Origin: Dehalococcoidia bacterium
GTDB lineage: Bacteria > Chloroflexota > Dehalococcoidia > SHYD01
Length of the DNA: 64,000 nt
Direction of reading: 5' to 3'
Assembly: GCA_009692945.1 (NCBI GenBank)
Contig: SHYD01000003.1
Span: 15,459-79,458 of the forward strand
This document shows, one piece after another, positions 53,553-62,642 of this stretch (position 1 is the stretch's first letter; the number at the start of each line of letters is the position of its first letter). A program made the position numbers and the translations under genes. The notes beneath the pieces are model-generated. The model had not been told where the DNA came from, ran no database searches, and saw only the letters and a program-made list of their open reading frames with translations.

Positions 53553-54110
53553 ATGACCGATACCCTTAGAATTCTCGGCATCTCGGGCAGTATCCGGGCT
53601 GGCTCCTACAACCGCTCGGCGCTGAGGGCTTCGGCCGGGTTGGCGCCGGAAGGGATGGACATCGATATCTTCGACCTGGCGCGGTTGCCGATGTACAATG
53701 GCGACCTCGACGGGGAAGCCACGCCACCGGTCGTGCGGGACTTTCAGTCTAGGGTGCGCACCGCCGACGGCCTGTTGGTGGCCACACCGGAGTACCTCCA
53801 CTCGATTCCAGGGGTGCTCAAAAATGCTCTCGATTGGGCTTCGCGTGGCGGCGACAACTCACCGCTGCTTGGCAAGCCGATTGCGATGATGGGCTGTGTC
53901 ACCGGCGCCTCGGGCTCCCGTTGGGGGCAGTACCACCTGCGCCAGATCTGCCATGCCACCGATATGCTCCCCCTCAACCGGCCGGAGATCTACGTCACCG
54001 ACGTGCGCAACAAGTTCGACGACGCCGGCAACCTGACCGATGAATCGACCCGTCAAGCAATCCGGGAGTTGCTGGGGGCCTTCGGCCTCTGGATAGAACG
54101 GCTGCGCTGA
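53553..54110 (+). CDS. NADPH-dependent FMN reductase
   Basis: LRILGISGSIRAGSYNRSAL...LLVATPEYLHSIPGVLKNALDWAS. Confidence 0.85.
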   Translation: MTDTLRILGISGSIRAGSYNRSALRASAGLAPEGMDIDIFDLARLPMYNGDLDGEATPPVVRDFQSRVRTADGLLVATPEYLHSIPGVLKNALDWASRGGDNSPLLGKPIAMMGCVTGASGSRWGQYHLRQICHATDMLPLNRPEIYVTDVRNKFDDAGNLTDESTRQAIRELLGAFGLWIERLR

Positions 54111-54118
54111 GGTCCCCC

Positions 54119-55105
54119 ATGGCACTGCTGCTCTCCGAGCGTGATATCCGTCCCGTTCTGCGGGACATCGCTTTCATGGACGCCGCGATCGATGCGGTCG
54201 AAGCGGTATTCAAGGAGTATGCCCAGAAACTGACCCAGCAACACCCCTGGACCAACCTGCCCTGGCACGGCGATCGAGGCCCATTGCGGCTCTGGTTTGC
54301 CAGCTCGCCTGGAGTGGGTGGGGCGGTGAGGGTCAACTCGATGCTGCCCGGTGGCGGTTCGGCGGCCGACACCCGCTTCATGCTGGTGTTCGATCCGGCG
54401 ACCGGCGCCCTGCGCGGCATCCTCCCTGATGAGGAGTTCAATTACGCCAGGACTGCCGCCCCCGCGGGCGTTGGCGCTCGCCATCTGGCGCCCGCCGGCG
54501 CCGCGATCATGGGCATCCTGGGGGCGGGCAAGCAGGCGCTGATGCAGATTACGGCGATCGCCCGGGCAGTGCCCACCATCAGGGAGGTGCGGGTTTACAG
54601 CCCGACTCCTGCCAACCGGGAACGGGTGGCGGCGCAGGCGTGCGATCGCTTGAGCATCGCCGTCGAACCGGTCGACTCGGCGGAGGAGGCAGCACGGGAT
54701 GCCGATATCGTTGATCTGGCAACCAACAGCCGGACTGCGGTCATCGAGAGCGGATGGATCCGTCCGGGCGCGTTGGTCATTGCGATCTCGAGCAACCAAT
54801 TCCCGCGGGATTTCATCGCCTCCAGCCGCGTTTTCGTCGGGTCGCGTGAAGATCTTCTGTACGGCGCGTTCCGGCGGGAACCGTTCCTGAGCATGATCGA
54901 CGATTCCTCATGGTCGATCGATCGGGTCATCGGCGACCTGGGCGAGGCGGCGCTAGGCCAGGTGGAGGCCCGTACGCGTTCCGAGGATACCGTGTTGTTG
55001 GACATCCCCGGCATGGCGCTTTGGGACCTGGCGGTGGCGCGGGCGTTGTGCGACTGGGCGGATGCACGCAGTATCGGGGTCCGATTTCAGCTCTCTGATG
55101 TTTAG
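54119..55105 (+). CDS. Ornithine cyclodeaminase / mu-crystallin family protein
   Basis: Rossmann motif MGILGAGKQALMQITAI and family-typical length (328 aa). Confidence 0.8.
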   Translation: MALLLSERDIRPVLRDIAFMDAAIDAVEAVFKEYAQKLTQQHPWTNLPWHGDRGPLRLWFASSPGVGGAVRVNSMLPGGGSAADTRFMLVFDPATGALRGILPDEEFNYARTAAPAGVGARHLAPAGAAIMGILGAGKQALMQITAIARAVPTIREVRVYSPTPANRERVAAQACDRLSIAVEPVDSAEEAARDADIVDLATNSRTAVIESGWIRPGALVIAISSNQFPRDFIASSRVFVGSREDLLYGAFRREPFLSMIDDSSWSIDRVIGDLGEAALGQVEARTRSEDTVLLDIPGMALWDLAVARALCDWADARSIGVRFQLSDV

Positions 55106-55157
55106 CCAGGACCGCATCTGCGAAGCAACCAGCCGTTCCAAACCCAGTATCTATAAG

Positions 55158-55315
55158 CAGTGTCAGGGGTTCGTGGGATGAAAGCCACTCCCCCCACCCG
55201 AGGGAAAATAGGGAGAATTATCTGTGGGGGCACCCCCACTTCCCCGGCAGAGGGCTGCCGCCCTCCTGCACTCCCACCCCCGAGCCCGGCCGCCCCTGCA
55301 CAGTGAATTCTTACC
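55158..55315 (+). repeat. Interspersed ~160-bp repeat, full-length copy
   Basis: CAGTGTCAGGGGTTCGTGGGATGAAAGCCACTCCCCCCACCC...GTGGGGGCACCCCCAC...GGCAGAGGGCTGCCGCCCTC...CACAGTGAATTCTTACC. Confidence 0.85.
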
Positions 55316-55559
55316 GAACCCAGGGTGTGACCAGTTGATGTGGGCGTTTTGGCGGCTAGCCGAACCGAGGCGTGACCTGATCTTGTCGAAGGTACCGCCG
55401 GCCGCGTTTATCCCAACAACGGCCGTTGGACACAGCACCTTACCCCACCTCGGTGCCTTCGATGGCCTCAGGCAACGCCCCGCCACCCCAGTCCACGAGG
55501 CCGGTCACTTTACGTTGCCCGGTGTCTAACAACTAGTCACGCCCAAACCCCATGTCAAG

Positions 55560-55588
55560 TTGTCCCTCGCGCGCCGAGGTGCTATCAT
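55560..55588 (+). promoter_or_regulatory. Candidate sigma70-type promoter TTGTCC-17-TATCAT
   Basis: Pattern only. It would give a very short leader before the GGAGGAG RBS of the TauE gene. Confidence 0.25.
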
Positions 55589-55604
55589 CGGCGCGGAGGA
55601 GTTG

Positions 55605-56438
55605 ATGGCACGTTCTTTTCTGGTTCCCGTCGGCGTGGGGGTGGTGGCTGGGTTTTTCAGCGGTATGACAGGCGTCGGCGGGGGCGCCATTCTGGTTAGC
55701 CTGATGGTCAACTTCATGGGGTTGACGCAACACCGGGCCCATGGCACTTCGTTGGCGGTCATCATCTCGGTGTCGTTGGTGGCGGCGCTCAGCTATGCAC
55801 TGCCGTTTCTGCTGGGGTACCCGGCAAAGTTCGAATACGACCCGGACCTTGCCAGGCAATTGATCCCTACCCTAGCCATCGCAAGTATGTTTGGGGTCAT
55901 CTTGGGAGCCAAGATCATGGCGGCGCTGCCGTCCCGGCAACTGCGGCGGCTGTTCGGAGTGTTTCTTTTCTTCGTCGCGATCTCGATGTTCGCCCGGGGC
56001 ATCCAGGTGGGCAGTGGGCCGGCCGACATGAACATATGGCCGTTCCCGGCCTGGGTGGCGCTGGGGTTCATCGCCGGGGTGTTCTCCGGGATCCTGGGTA
56101 TCGGCGGGGCGCTCGTGATGGTTCCGGTAATGACCATCGGCGCCGGCATCGAGCAGCACATGACGCAGGGCATCACCCTGGCGGTCATCTGCATTACTAC
56201 CATGACGGGCGCTTATACCCACTATCGCCTTGGCAACGTGGACCTCAAGGCGACGCTCGCGATCGCCCCGGCTGCGGTGATTTGCGGCTTCCTGGCAGGA
56301 CAACTGGCCGCCCAGACCGACACTATCTGGCTGACCAGAGTGTTCGGCGCCGCCATGCTGTATTTCAGTTATCAGTTCACCTTCACCGGTACTCCCCAGC
56401 GCAAGCCTGCCCCGGCCCCTGCGCCCCAGCGTTCGTAA
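55605..56438 (+). CDS. TauE/SafE family sulfite exporter
   Basis: ORF trimmed to the ATG at 55605 after GGAGGAG. Motif GFFSGMTGVGGGAILV is repeated as GVFSGILGIGGALVMVP. Confidence 0.85.
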   Translation: MARSFLVPVGVGVVAGFFSGMTGVGGGAILVSLMVNFMGLTQHRAHGTSLAVIISVSLVAALSYALPFLLGYPAKFEYDPDLARQLIPTLAIASMFGVILGAKIMAALPSRQLRRLFGVFLFFVAISMFARGIQVGSGPADMNIWPFPAWVALGFIAGVFSGILGIGGALVMVPVMTIGAGIEQHMTQGITLAVICITTMTGAYTHYRLGNVDLKATLAIAPAAVICGFLAGQLAAQTDTIWLTRVFGAAMLYFSYQFTFTGTPQRKPAPAPAPQRS

Positions 56439-56487
56439 TTACGGCCCGGAGCAAACCCTGTCCGGCCTCCCTGCGCTGTGCAATCGG

Positions 56488-57096
56488 ATGCTGAGCTGCA
56501 CCTCGTGTGGCCTGAGTGAAGGGCGCACGCGGGTTGTTCCCGGTGAAGGCCCGGAAGACGCTGAGATTATGTTCATCGGAGAGGCTCCCGGGTTCAACGA
56601 GGATAAGCAGGGCCGCCCCTTCGTGGGGGCGGCGGGACAGTTCCTGGAGGGGTTGCTCTCAGCAGGAGGCCTGCGGCGTGAGCAGGTGTACATAGCCAAC
56701 GTGGTCAAGTGTCGTCCGCCCAACAACCGGGATCCCCTGCCCACCGAAATTGCCGCGTGCAAGCCGTGGCTGGATCAACAGATGGAGATGCTGCGCCCCC
56801 GGGTCGTCGTGACGTTGGGGAGGTTCTCCATGGCCCGGTGGTTTCCGGGACAGAGCATTAGCCGGATCCACGGACGGCCCGAAGAACGGGATGGGTTGAC
56901 CGTCGTACCCATGTTTCACCCCGCCGCAGCGCTGCATCAGCAGGCGCTCAAGGCGACCATCACCGAAGACTTCCGCAGATTGCCGAAGCTCCTGGAGCAA
57001 TTGCGTCAGGTCGATACAGCATCGCAGCCAGCACCATCCGACTCGGACCCGGCCGCGGCGGCCGAGCCGAGACCAGAACAGTTGAGTCTTTTCTAA
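56488..57096 (+). CDS. Uracil-DNA glycosylase, family 4
   Basis: CTSCGL...IMFIGEAPGFNEDKQGRPFVGAAG...NVVKCRPPNNRDP...HPAA. Confidence 0.85.
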   Translation: MLSCTSCGLSEGRTRVVPGEGPEDAEIMFIGEAPGFNEDKQGRPFVGAAGQFLEGLLSAGGLRREQVYIANVVKCRPPNNRDPLPTEIAACKPWLDQQMEMLRPRVVVTLGRFSMARWFPGQSISRIHGRPEERDGLTVVPMFHPAAALHQQALKATITEDFRRLPKLLEQLRQVDTASQPAPSDSDPAAAAEPRPEQLSLF

Positions 57097-57099
57097 CTT

Positions 57100-58752
57100 A
57101 TGGCATACCCACGAACACGGATCGTTCCCCTCGGCGGATTGGGTGAGATCGGCAAGAACATGATGGCCATCGAGGTCGGCGACGACATCGTGGTGGTCGA
57201 TGGCGGGCTCATGTTCCCGGAAGCGGAGATGCTGGGAGTCGACCTCGTCATCCCCGACATAACGTATCTGCTGGAGAACCGGAGCAAGCTGCGCGCCATC
57301 GTCCTCACCCACGGCCACGAGGACCATATCGGCGCGCTGCCGTACCTGCTCCCCCGGTTGAACGTCCCGGTCTATTCCACCCCGCTTACCAACGGGCTGG
57401 TGTCGGTGCGGCTCAAGGACCGGCACGCCATTCAGAACGCCGATCTCAATATCCTGCGGCCCGGCCGCCAACTGGAGTTGGGCGCGCTCAGGGTCGAGTT
57501 CTTCCGGGTGGCCCATTCCATACCCGATGCGGTGGGGGTGGTGCTCCACACCCCTGCGGGAGCCATCGTCCACACCGGTGATTTCAAGTTCGACCACACC
57601 CCGGTGGATGGCGAGCCCACCGACCTCGCCCGCCTGGCCCGGTTGGGCGAAGAGGGCGTGCTGTTGCTAATGTCCGACTCGACCTACGCCGAAGTTCCCG
57701 GCTACACGCCCTCCGAGCAGATCGTGGGCGATACGTTGCACCGCATCATCGCCAGCGCCCAGGGCCGGGTGATCATCGCGTGCTTTGCTTCGCTTATCTC
57801 GCGCATCCAGCAGATCGTCGATGGAGCGATCGCCTGCAACCGCAAGGTGCTCGTCATCGGCCGGAGCATGCAGGACAATGTCGCGATGGCGTTGGAACTC
57901 GGGTATCTGTACGCGCCCGAAGGCACCTTCATCAATCCGGACGATCTCAAACGCCTGCCGGCGGATAAGGTGGTCATAGTGGCTACGGGGAGCCAGGGCG
58001 AGCCCACAGCGGCGTTGGCCCGTATGGCCAACAAAGACCACCGGTTTGTGCGGATTCAGCCCAACGATACCGTGGTGCTTTCGGCCACTCCCATCCCTGG
58101 GAATGAGGAGTTGGTGGCCCGGACCATCAATAACCTGTTCCGCCAAGGGGCACGGGTGTTGTACAGCCCGATGGAACCGGTGCATGTTCACGGTCATGCC
58201 GCTCAGGAAGAGCTCAAATTGATGCTCTCGCTGGTCAAGCCCAAGTACTTCGTCCCGATCCACGGCGAATACCGGCATCTCATCCACCATAAGGAATTGG
58301 CCAAGGCGGTCAGCGTCCCCGATCAGAACTGCTTCGTCATGATGGACGGTGATGTTCTGGAGTTGGCCGAAGGAGGTGGGAAGGTGGTGTCCCAGGTCTC
58401 GGCCAACTATATCTATGTGGACGGCATCGGTGACGTCGGGCCGGAGGTGCTGCGTGACCGGCGGCATCTGTCCCAGGACGGCATGCTGGTGCTGGTGCTG
58501 GCGCTCGACCGGAAGACCGGGGCGCTGGCGGCCCGGCCCGAAATTGTGCAGCGAGGTTTCACCAGTCCGGACGACGCAGCGAACCTCCTCGAACAGGCCA
58601 GGGAAGTGGCCGAGAAGGCCATCGGCGGCGGCGGTGAAGTCCGGGACGAGTGGTCCTCGACCGCTAGTTCCGTACGGGAGGCGGTGGGGGCCTTCCTCTA
58701 CCAGCAGACCAGGCGCCGGCCCCTGATCCTTCCCATTCCCATCGAGGTCTGA
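57100..58752 (+). CDS. rnj: Ribonuclease J
   Basis: RIVPLGGLGEIGKNM, the metallo-beta-lactamase motif THGHEDHIGALPYL, and a beta-CASP region. 550 aa. Confidence 0.9.
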   Translation: MAYPRTRIVPLGGLGEIGKNMMAIEVGDDIVVVDGGLMFPEAEMLGVDLVIPDITYLLENRSKLRAIVLTHGHEDHIGALPYLLPRLNVPVYSTPLTNGLVSVRLKDRHAIQNADLNILRPGRQLELGALRVEFFRVAHSIPDAVGVVLHTPAGAIVHTGDFKFDHTPVDGEPTDLARLARLGEEGVLLLMSDSTYAEVPGYTPSEQIVGDTLHRIIASAQGRVIIACFASLISRIQQIVDGAIACNRKVLVIGRSMQDNVAMALELGYLYAPEGTFINPDDLKRLPADKVVIVATGSQGEPTAALARMANKDHRFVRIQPNDTVVLSATPIPGNEELVARTINNLFRQGARVLYSPMEPVHVHGHAAQEELKLMLSLVKPKYFVPIHGEYRHLIHHKELAKAVSVPDQNCFVMMDGDVLELAEGGGKVVSQVSANYIYVDGIGDVGPEVLRDRRHLSQDGMLVLVLALDRKTGALAARPEIVQRGFTSPDDAANLLEQAREVAEKAIGGGGEVRDEWSSTASSVREAVGAFLYQQTRRRPLILPIPIEV

Positions 58753-58796
58753 GACCCCGAGGCATCCACACCCACCGATGCGCCTCCATGGGGTCT
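58752..58796 (+). terminator. Imperfect stem-loop immediately after the rnj stop
   Basis: AGACCCCGAGGCATC...GATGCGCCTCCATGGGGTCT (outer 7 bp perfect). There is no U-tract, so it is weak as an intrinsic terminator. Confidence 0.3.
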
Positions 58797-59067
58797 GGTG
58801 CAGATTGGGCCGGGCCGGTTGTGACCCAGACCGAACCTAGCGAAGACGGCAGGTCCAATGGGTCGCCTGGTAGCTGTAGGGCAGGTCTCGATGCATCCAG
58901 GGCTTCCAATTCGTCCTAAACCTAAACCCCGGCGGCTCGGATCGCAACGGGACAGGCCGCACCAACCGGTGCGGCCTGTGGCCTACCCCCCAACAGCTTC
59001 CGCCATCGGGGCCATTCGGCCTCGAATGTAACGGGGTGTTGGCCGAATCGTTCCTAAAGTTGCCTTT

Positions 59068-61353
59068 ATGACAAGAATTTACACCCGGTCTTCTCCCGGC
59101 CGCGGCGCCCGGCGGCCCGCGGGAAAGGGGAGGCCGCGAATCTCAGCCCCTCGCCTGGGTTTCCTGCGGCGTCCCGTTCTCTACCTTCTCCTCATCGCCG
59201 CGGCCTTCGGGTTCGCGGCGTTGTTTGCTGTCGTGCTGTTGCCGCTGCTGTTTAACGGCATCCTCGCACTGCTGGGAGTTGGCGTGGCATTGCTGGTCCC
59301 GGCAGTGGCGGTGCTAGTTTGGCGGTGGCAGGTGCTGGGCAAGGCCGCGCTGATACGGCATCACTGGCGCCACCTGTTGGGTGGCGCCTCATGGTTCGCG
59401 GGGCTCCTGGGCGTTGGGGCGCTGTTCCGTCCGGCCACCGGCGGTCTGTGGGAGGTCCGCTGGGCCGAGGCCACCCTCGGTGGACTGCTGGGCCAGATGG
59501 TCCTCGGTGAACCGGGATGGTGGGGCGTTGCCCGCTTGACGGCGTTGTTTGTAGCTGGAACCGGCATCGGCGTGCCGCAGTCGGGACCGTGGCTGGCTGC
59601 CGCGGCGGCGCGAGGGGTGGTGGGGTTCTGGCGCCTGCGGCTCCCCCAGCGGGGCGCCGGGCTCGTTTGGAGGCAGATCCAGGAAGCGAAGGCGGCGCTT
59701 CAGGACAAGCCGCCGGTGCCGCCCGAGCAGGCGGACGAGTTCGTCTATTGGGTCGAACACATGCCCTCAACTTCGGAGCCCGTGAGCGCCCTCGAAGCGC
59801 CCAACCAAGCGGTGGCTGCCTCTGCCACAGTGCTATTGGCCGAGGACGAGCCGTTGGCGCCCGTTCACCAGAGCGCCTGGGAGCTGCCTGCCCTCGATCT
59901 ATTCGAAAAATTGGTCGAGGCCGAACCGGCGGACCAAACCCAGCGGGCCAAGCAGATCGAGGAAGCCCTCGCCAGCTACGGCGTCGATGCTAAAGTGGTC
60001 CAGATCCACGTTGGCCCGGCAGTCACCCAGTTCGGCATCGAGCCGGGCTGGGACCGGAAGTTCAAAGATGTGAAGGAGCGGGAGATCACCGGGCGGGTCA
60101 AATTGGACAAAGAGGGAAACCCCGTGGTTCGGACCGAGGAGGTTTCCCGCACCAGGGTCAAGGTGGAGCGGATCACCTCATTGTCGAACAACCTCGCGCT
60201 CGCCCTTTCCGCCCCGTCGGTGCGGATCGAAGCTCCGGTGCCGGGCAAGAACGTGGTGGGCATCGAGGTCCCCAACATCTCCCCCAGCATCGTGCCGATG
60301 CGGTCGGTCATCGAGAGCCCGGCCTTTCAGCGACTCAAGGCCCGTTCCAAAGTGACGCTGGCGCTTGGCAAAGGCGTCGCCGGCGACGTGGTGGTAGCCG
60401 ACCTGGCCAAGATGCCCCACCTGCTCATCGCTGGCGCCACCGGAAGCGGGAAGAGCGTCTGCCTCAACGCCATCGTGAATTGCCTGCTGATGCACGCCAC
60501 GCCCGACGAGGTCCGGTTGCTTATGGTGGACCCCAAGCGGGTGGAGTTGGTTCCCTACAACAACGTTCCGCATCTCCTGTGCCCGGTGATGGTGGACGCG
60601 GAAAAGGTGGTGGGGTTGCTCCAGTTCGTCATCAAAGAGATGGACGAACGCTACCGCAAATTCGCGGCGGCGGGAGTTCGCAACATCGATGGCTATAACC
60701 GCAGCCCCAAGGTGCAGGAGCGGTTGCCGTTCTGGGTCCTTGTCATCGATGAACTGGCCGATCTGATGATGGTGGCCCCGTATGAGGTGGAGCGCAGCCT
60801 GTGCCGCCTGGCCCAACTGGCCCGCGCCACCGGCATTCACCTGGTGGTGGCGACGCAGCGGCCCTCGGTGGACGTGGTGACCGGGCTCATCAAGGCGAAT
60901 TTCCCGACGCGCATCAGCTTTGCGGTGACCTCTCAGATCGACTCCCGCACGATTCTCGATTCGGCGGGCGCCGAGAAGTTGCTAGGCCGCGGCGACATGC
61001 TTTACATGGCAACCGATGCCGCCAAACCGCGCCGGGTCCAGGGCACTTACGTCTCGGACGCCGACGTCGAGCGCATCGTCGAGTACTGGTCCAGCGAGCG
61101 GTTCCAGCATCTGCGGCCCCCGACCTTCGCCGATGAGATCCAGAGCGCAGCGGCCGCCGCTTCCGGTGACGGGGTGGGCGAGGACGACCCCCTGTTGGAA
61201 AAAGCCCGCGAACTGGCCGACTCCGCAGAGCGGGTATCGACCTCGTTTCTGCAACGGCGGCTCCGCGTCGGCTACCCCCGGGCGGCCAGGCTGATGGAGA
61301 CCCTTCGAGACGAAGGGTACGGCGAGTTGGAGGGGATGGACGACCGGTTCTAG
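59068..61353 (+). CDS. ftsK: DNA translocase FtsK
   Basis: N-terminal TM helices, Walker A IAGATGSGKS, VLVIDELADLMM, and the C-terminal gamma domain RLRVGYPRAARLMETL. Confidence 0.9.
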   Translation: MTRIYTRSSPGRGARRPAGKGRPRISAPRLGFLRRPVLYLLLIAAAFGFAALFAVVLLPLLFNGILALLGVGVALLVPAVAVLVWRWQVLGKAALIRHHWRHLLGGASWFAGLLGVGALFRPATGGLWEVRWAEATLGGLLGQMVLGEPGWWGVARLTALFVAGTGIGVPQSGPWLAAAAARGVVGFWRLRLPQRGAGLVWRQIQEAKAALQDKPPVPPEQADEFVYWVEHMPSTSEPVSALEAPNQAVAASATVLLAEDEPLAPVHQSAWELPALDLFEKLVEAEPADQTQRAKQIEEALASYGVDAKVVQIHVGPAVTQFGIEPGWDRKFKDVKEREITGRVKLDKEGNPVVRTEEVSRTRVKVERITSLSNNLALALSAPSVRIEAPVPGKNVVGIEVPNISPSIVPMRSVIESPAFQRLKARSKVTLALGKGVAGDVVVADLAKMPHLLIAGATGSGKSVCLNAIVNCLLMHATPDEVRLLMVDPKRVELVPYNNVPHLLCPVMVDAEKVVGLLQFVIKEMDERYRKFAAAGVRNIDGYNRSPKVQERLPFWVLVIDELADLMMVAPYEVERSLCRLAQLARATGIHLVVATQRPSVDVVTGLIKANFPTRISFAVTSQIDSRTILDSAGAEKLLGRGDMLYMATDAAKPRRVQGTYVSDADVERIVEYWSSERFQHLRPPTFADEIQSAAAAASGDGVGEDDPLLEKARELADSAERVSTSFLQRRLRVGYPRAARLMETLRDEGYGELEGMDDRF

Positions 61354-61383
61354 CCCGCTTGTAGGGCGGGCCGTTGGTACAAG

Positions 61384-61432
61384 CTGCACCCCCACTCGTG
61401 AGCCCGCCGCCCCTCAACAGTGAATTCTTACC
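61384..61432 (+). repeat. Interspersed repeat, solo 3' part
   Basis: CTGCACCCCCACTCGTGAGCCCGCCGCCCCTCAACAGTGAATTCTTACC. Confidence 0.75.
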
Positions 61433-61446
61433 CGGCGCCGCTGCCG

Positions 61447-61476
61447 TTGCACCCGGCTTCCGGTTCGGGAGATAAT
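61447..61476 (+). promoter_or_regulatory. Candidate sigma70-type promoter TTGCAC-18-GATAAT
   Basis: Pattern only, about 70 nt upstream of the cyclophilin GTG. Confidence 0.3.
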
Positions 61477-61544
61477 CAACGTGCTTGACGGGCCACCAGC
61501 CCTCAGCCCCTGCCGCCAGTTCTGGTTCCCCAAGAGGAGGATCC

Positions 61545-62057
61545 GTGCCCAAGAGTTATCCATCCGCGCCTGCCCTCGCCATTGACCCCGAGAAGACCTA
61601 CGCTGCGGTGTTCGATGTCGAAGGAAAGGGCGCCTTCAAGGTTGCGTTGTTCGCCAAGGACGCTCCCAACACCGTGAACAATTTCGTGTTCCTGGTGCGG
61701 GACGGGTTCTACAACGACACGACTTTTCACCGCGTGATCCCCGGCTTTATGGCCCAGGGCGGGGACCCCACCGGTACCGGTACCGGCGGCCCCGGCTACC
61801 GGTTTTCGGATGAGTTCAACTCCAAGCTGCGCCACGGCAGTCCCGGCGTGCTGTCCATGGCCAACGCCGGCCCCAATACCAACGGAAGTCAGTTCTTCAT
61901 CACCCTTGCTCCCACCCCTCATCTGGACGACCGGCACTCGGTGTTCGGCAAGGTGGTCGAGGGTATGGACGTGGTGCTCCGTATCGCAGTGCGGGATCCA
62001 TCCAACTCCCGGGCGCCGGGCGACAAGATCATCTCAGTCATCATCGAAGAGCAGTAG
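61545..62057 (+). CDS. Peptidyl-prolyl cis-trans isomerase, cyclophilin type
   Basis: GTG at 61545 after AGAGGAGG. Motifs [25 protein letters not shown] and [15 protein letters not shown]. Confidence 0.9.
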   Translation: MPKSYPSAPALAIDPEKTYAAVFDVEGKGAFKVALFAKDAPNTVNNFVFLVRDGFYNDTTFHRVIPGFMAQGGDPTGTGTGGPGYRFSDEFNSKLRHGSPGVLSMANAGPNTNGSQFFITLAPTPHLDDRHSVFGKVVEGMDVVLRIAVRDPSNSRAPGDKIISVIIEEQ

Positions 62058-62072
62058 CCCCCAGGGTCCGGC

Positions 62073-62642
62073 ATGCCACCGCCGCAGCCGGACCTCTTTG
62101 TTTCCCATCTCGTGAGCATCATCGGCGAACCCGTTGGACTGCAAGCGTTGGACGTGGGCTGTGGACGGGGACGCAACGCGCTGTTCCTAGCCAGGCATGG
62201 CGCCGCTGTCGTGGCCGTTGACCACATGGTAAGCATGGTCGACGCCTGCCGCCGGGCGTCGCTCAACGAGAAGCTGCCGGTACGGTGTGTGGCGGGAAAA
62301 GCTGAATCCGCCCCCTTCGCTCTCGGGTCGTTCGATCTGGTGCTGTGCACCAGCGTTCTCGAATCGATGGACCTGCCGGTGGCGTCGGCTGCCGCGGTCG
62401 AATTGCACCGGGTCACACGGCCCGGAGGGACCGCGCTGGTGGTCACCGCGGCCTTGGAGGGGTCCGATCCGGAGGCGGGTGGGGCTCCGCCGCTCAAGGC
62501 CCGTCTGACATCGAGAGACCTGCTGACAACCTGGTTTCAGGGCTGGCATACGCTCGAATTGCTCCACCTGCAGTTGGTGGCCCCAGCGTCAGCCGCGGTG
62601 AGCGCGCAGTGGGCGCTGATTGCCCGGCGGAACGCGGATTGA
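62073..62642 (+). CDS. Class I SAM-dependent methyltransferase
   Basis: ALDVGCGRGRNALFLARHGAAVVAVD...VTRPGGTALVV. Confidence 0.75.
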   Translation: MPPPQPDLFVSHLVSIIGEPVGLQALDVGCGRGRNALFLARHGAAVVAVDHMVSMVDACRRASLNEKLPVRCVAGKAESAPFALGSFDLVLCTSVLESMDLPVASAAAVELHRVTRPGGTALVVTAALEGSDPEAGGAPPLKARLTSRDLLTTWFQGWHTLELLHLQLVAPASAAVSAQWALIARRNAD

